64,000 nt of DNA from assembly GCA_963821525.1 (NCBI GenBank), contig CAWGED010000012.1:187443-251442 (forward strand). The letters run 5' to 3'. Made by a program: the position numbers and the translations under genes. Below are positions 42,755 through 54,177 of the stretch, piece by piece (the stretch's first letter is position 1; each line of letters opens with the position of its first letter). A model generated the notes under the pieces. The model ran no database searches. It was not told where the DNA came from and saw only the letters and a list, made by a program, of their open reading frames with translations. The stretch is from an uncultured Gemmatimonadales bacterium (GTDB lineage: Bacteria; Gemmatimonadota; Gemmatimonadetes; Gemmatimonadales; GWC2-71-9).

Positions 42755-45700
42755 TCAGAAGGTATACCGCGCCCCGAGCTGCATCCGCCAGCGGGTGGCT
42801 TCGTCATCCGAGCGTCGGTCGTGGCATCACCTCGTAGATCCCCCGCTGGTGGGCCTGATCATAGCCCTCCATGGGCCAGCAGATGGAAGTCCCCATTAAA
42901 GTCCGTGCCGACCCGCTGCACCCCCCAGCCGTTGAACAGCATGTTCGGCAGGTTGAAGATGTCGGCGATCAGTTCGAACGACCTGCCCATGCGCCAGCAA
43001 GACCGGCCTGGACAGCCGGGCATTCACCATCGTGATCCAGTGATTCTGGCAGCTGTTGCGCCGCATGATCTTGCCCCGCTGTGAATTCAGACAGGGATCT
43101 GCCCGGATGATCTGGTCCAGCAGCGACCACTGACCGCGGGTGTCAGCCAGCGTGATGTCCGCGGCATTCCTCGGGCACGTAGACGGTGTCGTTGCCGAAG
43201 GATAACCCATCGGCATTCGCGTCGCCGTCAACCAGGTAGGTGTAGGGCTGCCCGGTGTAACCATTATAGAACAGGCCTCCACGGAAACCGAGCGGAAGAT
43301 TCGCGTCCTGGCCTCGATCGTGACCTTGTGGCTGGCCTCGAAGCGGGAGGTGCTGAGATTCCGGTGGTCCAGGGTTCCGTCCAGCGGAGTGCAGTCGAGG
43401 TTGAAGGTCACGTTGAAGCAATCGGCCGACATCCGGTCTTTCGCATCGGTGTAGGTGTACGCCACGCTCAATTCCGTTCCTCCGGAATTGCTTTCTGCAG
43501 CTGAGCGCTGGCACTGAAGCTCCGGTCTCCGCTCGAGTTCCGCATCTCGGCCACGATGCCGTACGATTGGGTTCAGCCGGTTGGCGCGAGCCCTCGCCGG
43601 TGTGCGGATCGATGGTGCCGTACAGCAGCCGTCCGCCTTCGCCCGCCGAGGTCGTGGTCGGTGGCGCCAGATTCATGTCGGTGATATCAAACTGATCGAC
43701 GCCTTGGATGTAGAGCAGATCAGCGGTCCCAACCAGGCTCCATGGCAGTGCCACATCAGTGCCCAGAGCCAGCCGCAGATTCCGTGGGAAGCGGAACGAG
43801 GGCTGAAGTAGTTGACCTCGAAGACCCGCGGGCCGGACTTGCCGGCGCAGCTGGTCGGCTGATGATCCGGGTCGAGCGTGAAGGCCGGGGACATCTGTGC
43901 CTCTGGCAGTCGACCCGGAGCCAGTCGAGCCCGGTCGTCTCGAAGACATTACTGAAATACAGATAGATCGGCCGGCCGGAGAAAATCCGGCGCCGCCCCG
44001 CAGGAAGGCCGTTCCGTGGCCGCCAATGTCATAGTTGAACCCGAGTCTCGGCGACCAGGAGACATTCCCGCTCGGCGTCACCGCGGTGTTGACACCCAAG
44101 GTCCGAAAAAAGCGCGGGATTCAAGTTCGGGCGTCCTGGGCAGAAACGCGACGTCGAATCTCGAGACCGGCGGTGAGAGTGAGCCGAGGAGCCGGCGTCC
44201 ACCGGTCCTGCGCATAGAGACCGAACTGATGCACGTCATAGTCGCTCACCGGCCGGCCGGCCGATCCGGGCGAGGCAAACTCACGGATGTATTCGCTTGC
44301 AAGGCCAGCCTCCAGAGCGTCGAGGCTGTCGAAGTCCACCGGCCGGCCGGAATCCGCAGCCTGCGGGAACCATTGAGATGGAGGAGTTCTCGTGGGTGCC
44401 GATGGTGAAATGATGGGAGCCGCGAAGACCACGAGGCGTTGTCGGTCAGCTCCCACACGGTCTGGTCGGCGAAGCGATCGGGGCAGCTATTCGGTCGCCC
44501 CGGCGCCGAGGTCTTGAAGTAGTTGGTATCGACGTCGACTGGTCACTATCGACCGCCGGAAATGGGCGGCCGGGATACAACTTTCCTGAGACTGCCTGCC
44601 GTGCGACGGTAAGCTCGTTGGAAAGTCCCCGCCCACCCGGTCGGCGATCCAGCTAGCCGGGTGTTGTTGACGGTAGACGGCTCCTCCACGCCCGACCGAG
44701 GACAATGGTATCGACGGCTATTCGGCGCGGATTGCGAGGGTGCCTTCCGCATAGTTGTGGGAGATCTCAACACGCTGGTTCAGGGCCGGCCACAGGGTAA
44801 CCTTGGCGAAGACATTCCCGCCCGGATTGCGAGGCAGGCTCCGACACGATCACGCCAGGATCCACATGGTAGGTGTTCCTGAGGAATGTCCTGGAACCGC
44901 TCATGGTCTTCCAGTCGGACGCCGGTCCCCAGCGAGTCTCTGCCATTGGTCGTATCAGTACCGATCGAGATGCGGCGCGTCCCCTGCCAAATCGCTGGAG
45001 GCCGGCATCGAGAAAGAAAGCGGCGCGGTTCCGCACGATCGGACCAGCCCAGCGTGAGGGTCACTTCTCCGGCCGAGAAATCGGCGGCTCGATTGCCGAG
45101 CTCGGATCCTTCCCGGTCAGAGCCTTCATCCTGGAAATAGCCGGAGATCGATCCCTCCCACTGGTTCGAACCCGAGCGGGTCAGCGCGTTCACCAGTCCA
45201 CCGGCGAAGTTGCCGTAGCGGACGTCGAACGGGGCAATCAGGATCTGCAGCTCCTTGATCGCCTCGATGGAAAGGGTCCGGACCCGGTTGGCCGAACCCG
45301 GCGCGCCGAACCCCGACAGGCCCATGGATGCCTCCCATGTCGGATTGCTCGCGTTCCGTCGATCTGATAGCCTGTTGAGCCGGTCGGACTGTCCGGCGAA
45401 CGAAACTCCCCGAATCCCGAGTCAGAACCGCCTGGGGCGACAGCAGCGTCAGCTGCGCCGAAGTCCCGCCGCGACGACAGGAAGATTGGAGGCTCACATC
45501 GGCGCTGTATGGTCTCGGCCGGGCCGGTGCGGCCGGCGTTGAGCCGCGGGTTTCGCACGGCAGATGACGAGCAATCTCCGGGCAGCTCCACGACGGCGGC
45601 CGATGAGCGACGAAATCGACCTGCCGCCGATCCCCAGGGAAAGGTTGAATGCCCGTCCTGCTCGCGGGCTAGAATCCGATGGCCTTGACCTGGACCGTGT

Positions 45701-45936
45701 AAGGGCCGCCGACGGAGAGGTACTCGAAGGAATAGCGTCCTTGTCCGCGGCTCACGGTCTGCCATCGTCGCCGTTGGCGGTGTTCGTTACGGTCAGGACC
45801 GCGTCGGAAATGCAGCTCGAATCGGCGCCGGCCACCACGCCGAAGATCGAGGCGGTCGTGACCCCCTGTGCCGCGAGCCGGCGGCGCAAAGCGCCGAGGC
45901 CGACACGACGAGCACGAACGTTCCCCTGAGGCTCAT
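42755..45936 (-). CDS. TonB-dependent receptor (Oar-like, carboxypeptidase-regulatory N-domain), heavily fragmented; possible pseudogene
   Basis: Fragments: AQGVTTASIFGVV, RLNAGRTGP, SIEAIKELQI..APFDVRYGNFAGG.VNA.TRSGSN, GLYAQDRW..PRLTLTAG, WSPRLGFNYD, C-terminal QLGARYTF. Confidence 0.8.
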
Positions 45937-46099
45937 GCATCCTTTCGCGCGGATCCTCGGGCCGCCACGATCAATGCTGTGGCCGATGGTGTCGAGCGGA
46001 TCGTACTCTCACGTCCGCCGCGCCGATAGGGCGGTTCCAGTTTCTCGTGGAGAAACGGCGCGATCCCCGGTGGGTTCTCTCCACCGGGGACTGCCTTCT

Positions 46100-47622
46100 G
46101 CAGGGACCACCCGGGTTCAGTTGCGAACCGGGCGACCCCGATGCCAATGGCGCCTGCCGACCGGGGCACCGCTCCGGGTCATAAAATTGTCGCGTTCCAT
46201 TCGCGATCGGGCTTCCATCCACCACAAGCGTGTTTCCGAAGCCTCCAGGGTGACTGTACCACACATCCTTCCACTGAATATTCCCGCCGAGCTGCAGTCG
46301 ATAGGTCGAATTGAGCAGATAGGCGTCCTGTTGCAAACCCAGCGCGGTAGTGTGCCGCGTGAATGCCACCAGCAGATTGGTCTGGCAGCTCTGCTGCATG
46401 ACATTGCCGCTGAAGCTCACGTCCATGTCACCCTTGAGCAGCGCTCCCGTCATGGGAAATGCGGCGTCCACCGTCATGGCGAACCGGTTGTTCACCAGCA
46501 GATTGTCGTGAATCGTGTAGTGGCTCGTGCTGGGCACGTCCCACGCGAACAGGCCGAGCGCGCCGACCCGAATGCCCGAGCCAACCGGCGCTCTCAAATG
46601 GTCGCGGACCTCATTGTTTGCGATGTCGCCAGAGACATCGATTGTGGCAGGGAGGAAATCAGGTTCGACGCCCCGCGGCACCGGAAGGACGACGGCCGGC
46701 ATAATCTGAATCCCTTCGCAGCGCACCAGCCTGCAGGAGATTACCGGAGACCTGGTAGACCCCCGGACCCGCCAGGCACATGTCACACAAGCCGGTGCCG
46801 ATGATGGAATTCTGTTCCAGCGCAGCGCTGGTCGTGCGGAGGTCGAAAGTAACGTCGAATCCCCGCTCGAATCGGTTGCCTCGCACGGTCAGACCGGAGA
46901 CCCGGCTCGAGAAGACTCCGTTACCGCCCCAGCCGCCGTCAGGCCACCCCGACCGCATCACGAATCCTTCGACAATGAGGCCGTTGCCAGCCGAGCCACC
47001 GGGATGGCCGAAGGCCAGCACGAGCGGGCGATCAGCCCCAGTGTCGTAACCGCCCAGCGGGTCGATCGGTGCGAGCGTCGTCGCGAGTGGCCCGACGCCT
47101 GAGCCGGTGGCCCGTCCATGAGAATCCAGCTGCATCACGAAGGCGCCGTGCAACGTGAGATCCGGAACGTCCACGGTGAGGGGCCAGTGCTCGAGGCTCG
47201 GGTCGGTGCCGGGATGCCCGCTGCCACGAAATGATCCCGCTGCGATGTTGATGGTGATCCGGCAGGCCGCCGCCTGGAGTTCTCCCCGCGCCAGCCGTCC
47301 GGCCCGCGCCGCGGCGATCGCGTCACCGATCCGGCGAAAGTGGACACTGTCATTGGGGTCCGCTGGTGCGTGGCCCACCACCAGGGTGGTGACGTAGTCA
47401 CCCTGGCTCAGATGGAGCGCCAGTTGCGATCGGGGAATAGTCGACGATGGAACCGGAGGAACCTGACCGATGACACACGAAGACCTGGTTCGCCGATGCC
47501 ACATCCAGAGATTGCTGGTCCTCGCGGGTGCCCGTTGGTACCTCGGCAGTGCACGCGGCGAAGAGGACGGTGCCGAGACAGCCGAGCAAGGCTGCCGGCG
47601 AACACTCGAAATGGCTGCGCAT
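46100..47622 (-). CDS. Hypothetical lipoprotein with probable right-handed beta-helix (frameshifted; 3' end uncertain)
   Basis: Lipobox FAAC after ATG 47622; ORFs 46659..47504 and 45971..46786 with repeated V.GN/I.NN/I.DN patterns. Confidence 0.55.
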
Positions 47623-47728
47623 TGGTAGTACCTGACCTTTCGGGGCGCACCTCCGGTGAGAGGGTGACCCTGGAGTCACCCTGGGGAGGCGGGGCGACCC
47701 GGTTTGAGTCGCCCTTAGTTAGTGAGTG

Positions 47729-48844
47729 CTACTGGACGCTGGCCCGAAGAATCTCGCCAGGCTGAGGCGGACCGAATCCCTTGTTGGAGATGTACAGCAG
47801 ACCATCGGGACCGAACCGGAGCCCGGTCGGCAGGAAGAGACCATCGACCACTACGACACGATTGCCCTGTTGATCGACTTGAATCACCCGCCCGGTGCCC
47901 GGGCGTGGGGAACCCGGCCACGCTGGAGCTCTCCAGCACATAGAGCCGGCCGGCGCGAGTCGAACGCCAAGCCGAGTACGGTGGTGAAGCCATCCGCCAC
48001 TACAGTCAGCTGCACCCGAACGGAGAAAGCCGGAAGACTTTTTCCAGCCCTGGCACCACTGGGAAACACACCGAGGTTGCTCGAGATAGAACGCATCGCC
48101 GCGCTGCACGATGACCGTGGGCACGATATGACCCTGCGTGGCGGAGACGTCGATGATGCGGCTGATAGCGCCGGTCGAGGGATTGATCCGAACTACTTCC
48201 CCGTGATTCGGTTCCACTGCAATCAATGATTTCCTGAGGCGGATCAGCGAGTACCAGGAGCCGTCCGGCTCGAAGTCTCCGGGAGGGCCGGGATTGGCCA
48301 CCGGGTTGGCGGCTCTGAAATGCGCTCAGGTCGGCGGTGATCGTCCAACTGCCCGACCGGTTTACCCGAGCGACTCCAGCCGGGACATCGGGCCGAGCCA
48401 TGGGAACACCCCCCGCCCGCGATGAGGGCATAGAGCTTATCGCCGAGGAACGCGAGATCGGCCACGCTCTGAACATCCCCGAACTGATTGATGGCGGAGG
48501 GAAATCCCTCGGCGAAGGTGGTGCGGTGGCCGTCCCGATCGATGCGCGAGATGCGCCCGGTCGGCCCGTTGTGGTACGGCCCCACCGGCGGATCGGCCTG
48601 CGCGCACTGTTCGGGAGTCGTGAAGGCGGTGCCGGCCGTCCCCGCTTCCGCGACGTACAGGGTTCCGTCGGGGCCGAAGGTGAGACCGCGCGGGATATTC
48701 GAGGCCGGTCGCGAACACCGAGACGGTGGCCGTGCCCGCGAGGTTGAGAGAGAAGCGGCATCGGTGGGAGCTGGTGCCGGGGTCACACCCGGCAGCGGCA
48801 ACGGCGGCCGCGATGGGAACCAGTGAGAGAATGCGATGGGTCAT
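47729..48844 (-). CDS. ScyD/ScyE family beta-propeller protein (frameshifted)
   Basis: FATGL..PRGL.FGPDG.LYVAEAG.AG, DFEPDGSWY, VEPNHGE, GL..PTGL.FGPDG.LYISN.GFG. Confidence 0.8.
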
Positions 48845-48932
48845 ACGCCCTCCGGTGATTGATGATCGAACCTCCTTATCACTTCTTACCCCTTACTCCT
48901 CACTCCTTACTCCTTACTCCCGCCTTCCTCCC

Positions 48933-49628
48933 TCATTGCACATGGACTATTCCGGTAACGCTCGGGTTGTCCGAATCCGCATAGCGGTAGGTCCCCGGGG
49001 CGGTGAAGGTCACTTGTATCGCGGATGGATTGGCATACGGAAAATTCCCACCGCTCTGAAACGAAGGCGTCCCGACCGAGGTCACGCTGTGGTAGCCAAT
49101 GGTCGAAAGGAGACAGGACCCATTTGAGCGTCTGGCCTACGAGGATAGTGTCCACCGCCGGGCGACTGGTGTTATTCAGTTGGCTCACGAAGGAGGGAGT
49201 CCTCCCGATCGTGCTCAGAAGGACGACCAGGTCCACCGGTGGGCCGACCGTGAGCCCGAAATTCACAGCCATGCCATGACCGGCCAGAGCAGCTCGAACA
49301 ATCGCAGTTCCCTGGATACTCCCGGGACGGACAATCGCAGTGCTTAGACCCAACCCATCAGTTACTCCACGGACCGTAACGAACGAGACCGGCCCCCTCT
49401 GTACCGTCCAGGTCACGGCCTGTCCGGCGACCCGACGACCGTCCTGGTCAGTGACCGCAACAACCAGCTTGGAGAAGGTCGGCCGGTTCACCGCCTGGGT
49501 TTGGCCATCCCCTTCCATCATTACGATCGCTGTCGCGGTAACGGAGGGCGTGGTTGTGGAATCCGAGCAGCCCGGAATGGACCCCGAGGGCTGATAAGTG
49601 ACAGGACTCTGGCAGTGAAGCTGTTCAT
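48933..49628 (-). CDS. Lipoprotein with one Ig-like domain and C-terminal cupredoxin-like domain (frameshifted)
   Basis: GDGQT....L.V.VTD..G..VAG..VTW; C-terminal PAVDTI.VG..LKW...HSVTS...VTFTAPGTY.Y...GIV.VQ. Confidence 0.65.
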
Positions 49629-49659
49629 CATCGAGCTGACTCCTTGGACTCTGGTCCAC

Positions 49660-50938
49660 TCACTGCACCACGATGATCCCCGTCGCGGCCGGGTAGAACC
49701 GAATCGGCGTAGTGATAAGTCCCCGGCGCAGTGAATGTCACTCTCACCGTCGATGGATTCGCGGCAGGGAAGTCACCACCCTGAAACGAGGGAGAGCCTA
49801 CTGAGACCACGCTAGGGGGTGAATAGTCCATCCAGTGGAGCGTCCATTTCATCGTGTCGCCGGACGGAAAGCGTATCCACTGCCGGATTGCTGCCGTTCT
49901 GCGAACTGACGAAGGAGGGCGGACCAGGCGGAGCCCTGAGCACCCCTCCCACTCCGAAGCGCCGACCGTGAACGCGAAGTCCACCGATGTCCCCCTACCC
50001 GCAAGCGTGGCCCGCACGACGGCTGCCCCTGAGTTCCGTTCGGGGCGATCTCCACGAGGCTTTGTCCCTCCGAATCCGTTGGTCCGGCCGACGAGAGCAA
50101 CGCGACAGGCCCGCTTTGCACGGTCCAGGTGACCCACTGGCCTTCGACCCCATTGCCGTGCTGATCGGTGACCAGCGCGAGCAGAGTCGAGTGGAAGTTT
50201 ACGCGGCATTATCTGACCGTCGCCGCTCAGCTTCTGGATAGAAGCCACCGGGCCCGGAAGTGCCGTCGCGTTGAAAGTCACCGGCGAGCCCTGGCTCCAG
50301 TGACGTTGGCGTAAGCGACCCTCGCTCCAGCGAGATCTCCCAGAGTCCATGTCGCCGTAGCGATGCCGGCGGCATCGGTGATACTGCTGGCCGGCGTCAC
50401 GCTGCCGTCCTGTAGGTCCATCGTCCACGACACGGTGACCCCCACACCTGGCATGCCGCCGGCTTGCACTTTCACCTGAAGCGGCCGGGACAGCGCCGTG
50501 CCGACCAGCTCCAGTCTGCCCGCTGCTGGCGGCGACGCGGCTGCCGTGGCGGCCAGGGCTGTCGCGCTGAAAGTCACCGGACCTTGCGGCCCCATCGACC
50601 GTAGCGGAGACCACCATCAGCCCGGCATCGGTACCAAGGGTCCAGGTGGTGGCCGCGACACCAGCGTAGTCGGTGAGGCTGGAAGCGGGCGTGATGGTGC
50701 CGGCCGACGCGTCCCAGGTCACCGTTACCCCCGCCTTGGATGCACCGTCGGATTGCACCTTCACCTGGAGCGGCAGCGGCAACTCGGCTCCCGCCACACC
50801 GGTTTGGCGGTTGCTCGCCCCGACCGCGAACGCCGTCACTTCCGGCGGGGGCATCCCGGCCGGGTCGGAACAATCGGTGAGGCCGATAACGGCGGCCGCA
50901 ATGAGCAACAGATTCCTGGGTTGGGCGGAGGCCGACAT
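49660..50938 (-). CDS. Lipoprotein with three Ig-like domains and C-terminal cupredoxin-like domain (frameshifted); paralog of the adjacent gene
   Basis: PLQVKV....GVTV.W....G..TPASS.TD.AG.A..TWTLG repeats; C-terminal VTFTAPGTYHYADS. Confidence 0.65.
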
Positions 50939-51277
50939 AAACCCCTCTCTCTATCCGGTGCAGAAGTCGATCAAACCGTGCGGACGGTCCATCAGGGTCG
51001 GCCATGGTAACTGTGATGCGTCTCCGCTCTGTCTTTTGAACGTCCTCTCAGCGTCGAATCGGAATAGTTGGTTGGGGAAACGCTCGCGCTCACGACGGAA
51101 CCCGCAACGCGATCATTGCCGGTGAGGAGCGGCGTTTCTAACTGGGACGGCTGCTGCGGTGTATCCTTATAAGAGGGGTCCCACAGCGCTGGACCTGTGA
51201 GGCCCCTGAGCCCATGATAAGTTCGGGTCTCTTCCTTTATCTCCGTGGCGTCCCCTCTTTCCCGCTGGGCCGATCCC

Positions 51278-53289
51278 ATGATCGACATCCGGGTCCTGGG
51301 CACTCTTGCGATCCACACACCGGGCGGGGACGCTCCGGCGGTCGCACTTACCCAGCCCAAGCGGTTTGCTCTCCTGCTCTACCTGGCGTTGGCCGAACCA
51401 GCAGGCCCCAAGTCCCGGGACAGCCTGGTTGCCCTGCTGTGGCCCGAGGCGGACGACGAGTCCGCGCGGCATTCGCTGCGCAACGCGCTCTATGGCCTGC
51501 GACAGACCCTGGGGGAGACGGCGATCGTGTCCCGGGGAGAGAGAAACGTGGACGGCTATCTGAGTCTCGACCCTGCGGCGATCCGCTGCGATGCACTCGA
51601 GGTGCGCCGCCTGCTGGCCGAGCAGAGGTGGGAAGACGCAGTCACAGCGTGGGGTGGGGACCTTGCCCCTGGCTTCCATGTCTCCGATGCACCGGATTTC
51701 GAGAACTGGCTGGACAACCAGAGGACTGCTCTCCGGCGAGCAGTGACCGACGCGGCGTGGCGGCGGGTGGATGAACTGGAGACGGCGGGAGGTGCCGGAT
51801 TGGTGGCCGCCGCGCAGCGGGCCTGCGCACTGGAGCCCGGCAATGAATCAGGCGCCAGACGCCTTATACGGTTTCTGGATACATGGGTGGGGCGAGCGGC
51901 CGCGCTCCGCGCGTACGATGATCTGGTCGATCACCTGCGACGCGAGTATGAGTCCGAGCCGGCTGCCGAAACCCGCATGCTCGCCGACGAGATTAAGGCG
52001 CGAACCGATTCCCTGGACTCCTCGAGGCCGCGGGAACTTCCGGCAGCCCAGGCACCGCCGACGCTCGGGAGCGTCGAGGTGGAAGCCGCGCCATCAGGGT
52101 CATCCAGCCACCGGAAGGGAATATCCGCCACCACTGCCGGGATCGCGGGTGCGCTCCTCATGGTGGCTTTGGTCTCGGTATTCGCGCTGCGTCCCGCTGG
52201 GTCGGCCGCCGCGCACGGTGGTACGGCGGCGCCGGATTCCGGCGACCCGGTCGCGATGGCGGAGAGTCGAGGTATGCTCCGGCTACCGGCCCGGTACCGC
52301 CAGGATACTTCGGCCTACGCGTCGTACCTCCGTGGGCTGGCCCTCCGGTTTACCGCACCGCAATCCGTATCCCGCGACACCTTTGCGGCATTGGTCAATC
52401 GCAAGCCACTGTATGCGCCGGGACTCTCCGGATTGGCCCATGCGTACGCACTCAGCACCGTGTTCGGTGACATCCCACCGGCGGAGGGTTGGGCCAAGGT
52501 CGAAGCGGCGGCTGACAAGGCCATCGCGCTGGACAGCACCTCGGCGTCGGCTTATCTCGCCCTTGGCATGCTGGAAATCTCCTGGCACTGGAATGTTCAA
52601 CGGGCAGGAAAGCTGATAGACCGGGGGCTCGCGCTCGAGCCGGCCGATCCGGAGGCCCACGCTCTAAGGAGTGTGTGGTTCCGCTGGCAGGCGGAGATGG
52701 ATAGCGCCGTGGCGGAAGCCCGAAAGTCGCTCGAGCTGGACCCGTTGAATCCATACTGGAGCATTCGGCTGGCCCGTCAACTCTATCTGGCCAAGCAGTT
52801 CCCCGAGGCAGAGGCCATATACCGAAAGTTGATCCAGGACTATCCGAAATGGGCGCCCTACGGCGAGGCGTCGGATGTTTACCGGGCGATGGGACGGCCT
52901 AAGGACGCACTGGACCTGTTGCGTACCGAAGTGGAAATCTCCGGGGATTCGGCGGCGCTAGCCGACTTTCCCCGTGCGAGTACCGACTCCCAGGCAGAGC
53001 GCGTGTTCCAGGATTGGGCTCGCCAGACCCTCCGCGAACTCGAAAGACCGAAAGCGAGCGGGTGAAGAAATCGGGCCTGGCGTGTGGGCCAATGGCCTAC
53101 GGCGATCTCCGGGACAAGGACAATACCCTGCGGTGGTTCGACTCGATGTTGGTAATCCACGACCCTGAGCTCCACAACGTGCGGGTCCTTCCGACGTTCG
53201 ACTTCCTGCGCGACGATCCGCGCTACCGGGCGTGGGAGGCGAACCTGCCGTGGGTGAAAAGCAGGAAGGGAGTAAAGGGTGAACGGTGA
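51278..53289 (+). CDS. SARP/BTAD-domain transcriptional regulator with TM and TPR repeats (frameshift near 53060)
   Basis: QPKRFALLLYLAL, RD.L.ALLWPE.D...AR.SLRNALY.LR, GDL.PGF....A.DFE.WL, AAALR.Y, EP.AET; TM; TPRs; LRDDPRY. Confidence 0.88.
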
Positions 53290-53374
53290 GACGTGGGACG
53301 TGAGACGTAGAGACGTGAGACGTGACGTGGACGAGCGGGGACTGGGAGTGAACGGACGCAGGGTGACGAGGCGT

Positions 53375-53471
53375 AACAGCTCATCCCGAGCGCAGCGAGC
53401 GGATCTAGTGTCCTTGCCTTGGCGTCCAGGCAGGGATGGTAGATCCCTCGCTGCGCTCGGGATGAGGTGTT
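53375..53471. repeat. Gene-less palindromic element, copy A
   Basis: CTCATCCCGAGCGCAGCGAGCGGATCTA...TAGATCCCTCGCTGCGCTCGGGATGAG. Confidence 0.9.
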
Positions 53472-53598
53472 GGTCTCGCTTCTGAGGCGTTTCCTCTTCC
53501 CCGTTCCCTGTCCCGCACTGTTCCCGCTTTGGGTGCCCTTGTGACCCCCCGGCCGACACGACACCTTGGGGCCAAGCTCCCAACCAGGAAGGTCCCCC

Positions 53599-54177
53599 AT
53601 GAAAGCGCTTCGCCTCGGCCCGCCGCTCGGCACGGCCGCTCTACTCTTACTCGGCTCGACCGCCACTCTCAGGTGCCAGCAAACCACGGGACGCCCTCCC
53701 GACGCGGTCATGCTCAAGCGCATCGCCGAGGCGGTAGATGGCGACCGGAGCGGAGGCATGGTGTATGTGGTCGCAGGGTACGATCCGGCGAACCCGATCG
53801 TCGGGGTGTTTCACGACCCCAAGTCCGCGGCAGGCGTGGCGTACAAGGCAGGCAATGGCGCAACGGTGTTCGGTCCCTATCAGGCGGCGCTGGATTCGAC
53901 CATCGCTCAGACCATGACCTGCGTCCATATCAAGACGTCGGTGATGAGCGTCCGCTGCGTCCCGCCGGGCAGGACGACCCAATTCAGCGATATCGCCAGC
54001 CTGACGCTCATGATCACTCGCACCGACGGCGGGCGAGACAGCGTCCCCCTGCCCCAGGGCGCGGATGCCATTTTCCTCGGCGCCCCGGCGGTGGACAAGT
54101 TCGTCATACCCTACTACGTGAGACTCGTGGGGCTCACGGCGACAACCGACATGCGGAACGGATTCGGCAGGCCCTAA
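53599..54177 (+). CDS. Hypothetical secreted protein
   Basis: AGGAAGG RBS, signal-like N-terminus, fills the gap to the convergent kinase. Confidence 0.6.
   Translation: MKALRLGPPLGTAALLLLGSTATLRCQQTTGRPPDAVMLKRIAEAVDGDRSGGMVYVVAGYDPANPIVGVFHDPKSAAGVAYKAGNGATVFGPYQAALDSTIAQTMTCVHIKTSVMSVRCVPPGRTTQFSDIASLTLMITRTDGGRDSVPLPQGADAIFLGAPAVDKFVIPYYVRLVGLTATTDMRNGFGRP

Noticed and set aside
51075..51115. Possible SARP-type direct repeats (AACGC-like) upstream of the Ig gene
   Set aside because: Spacing is irregular and matches are too short to support
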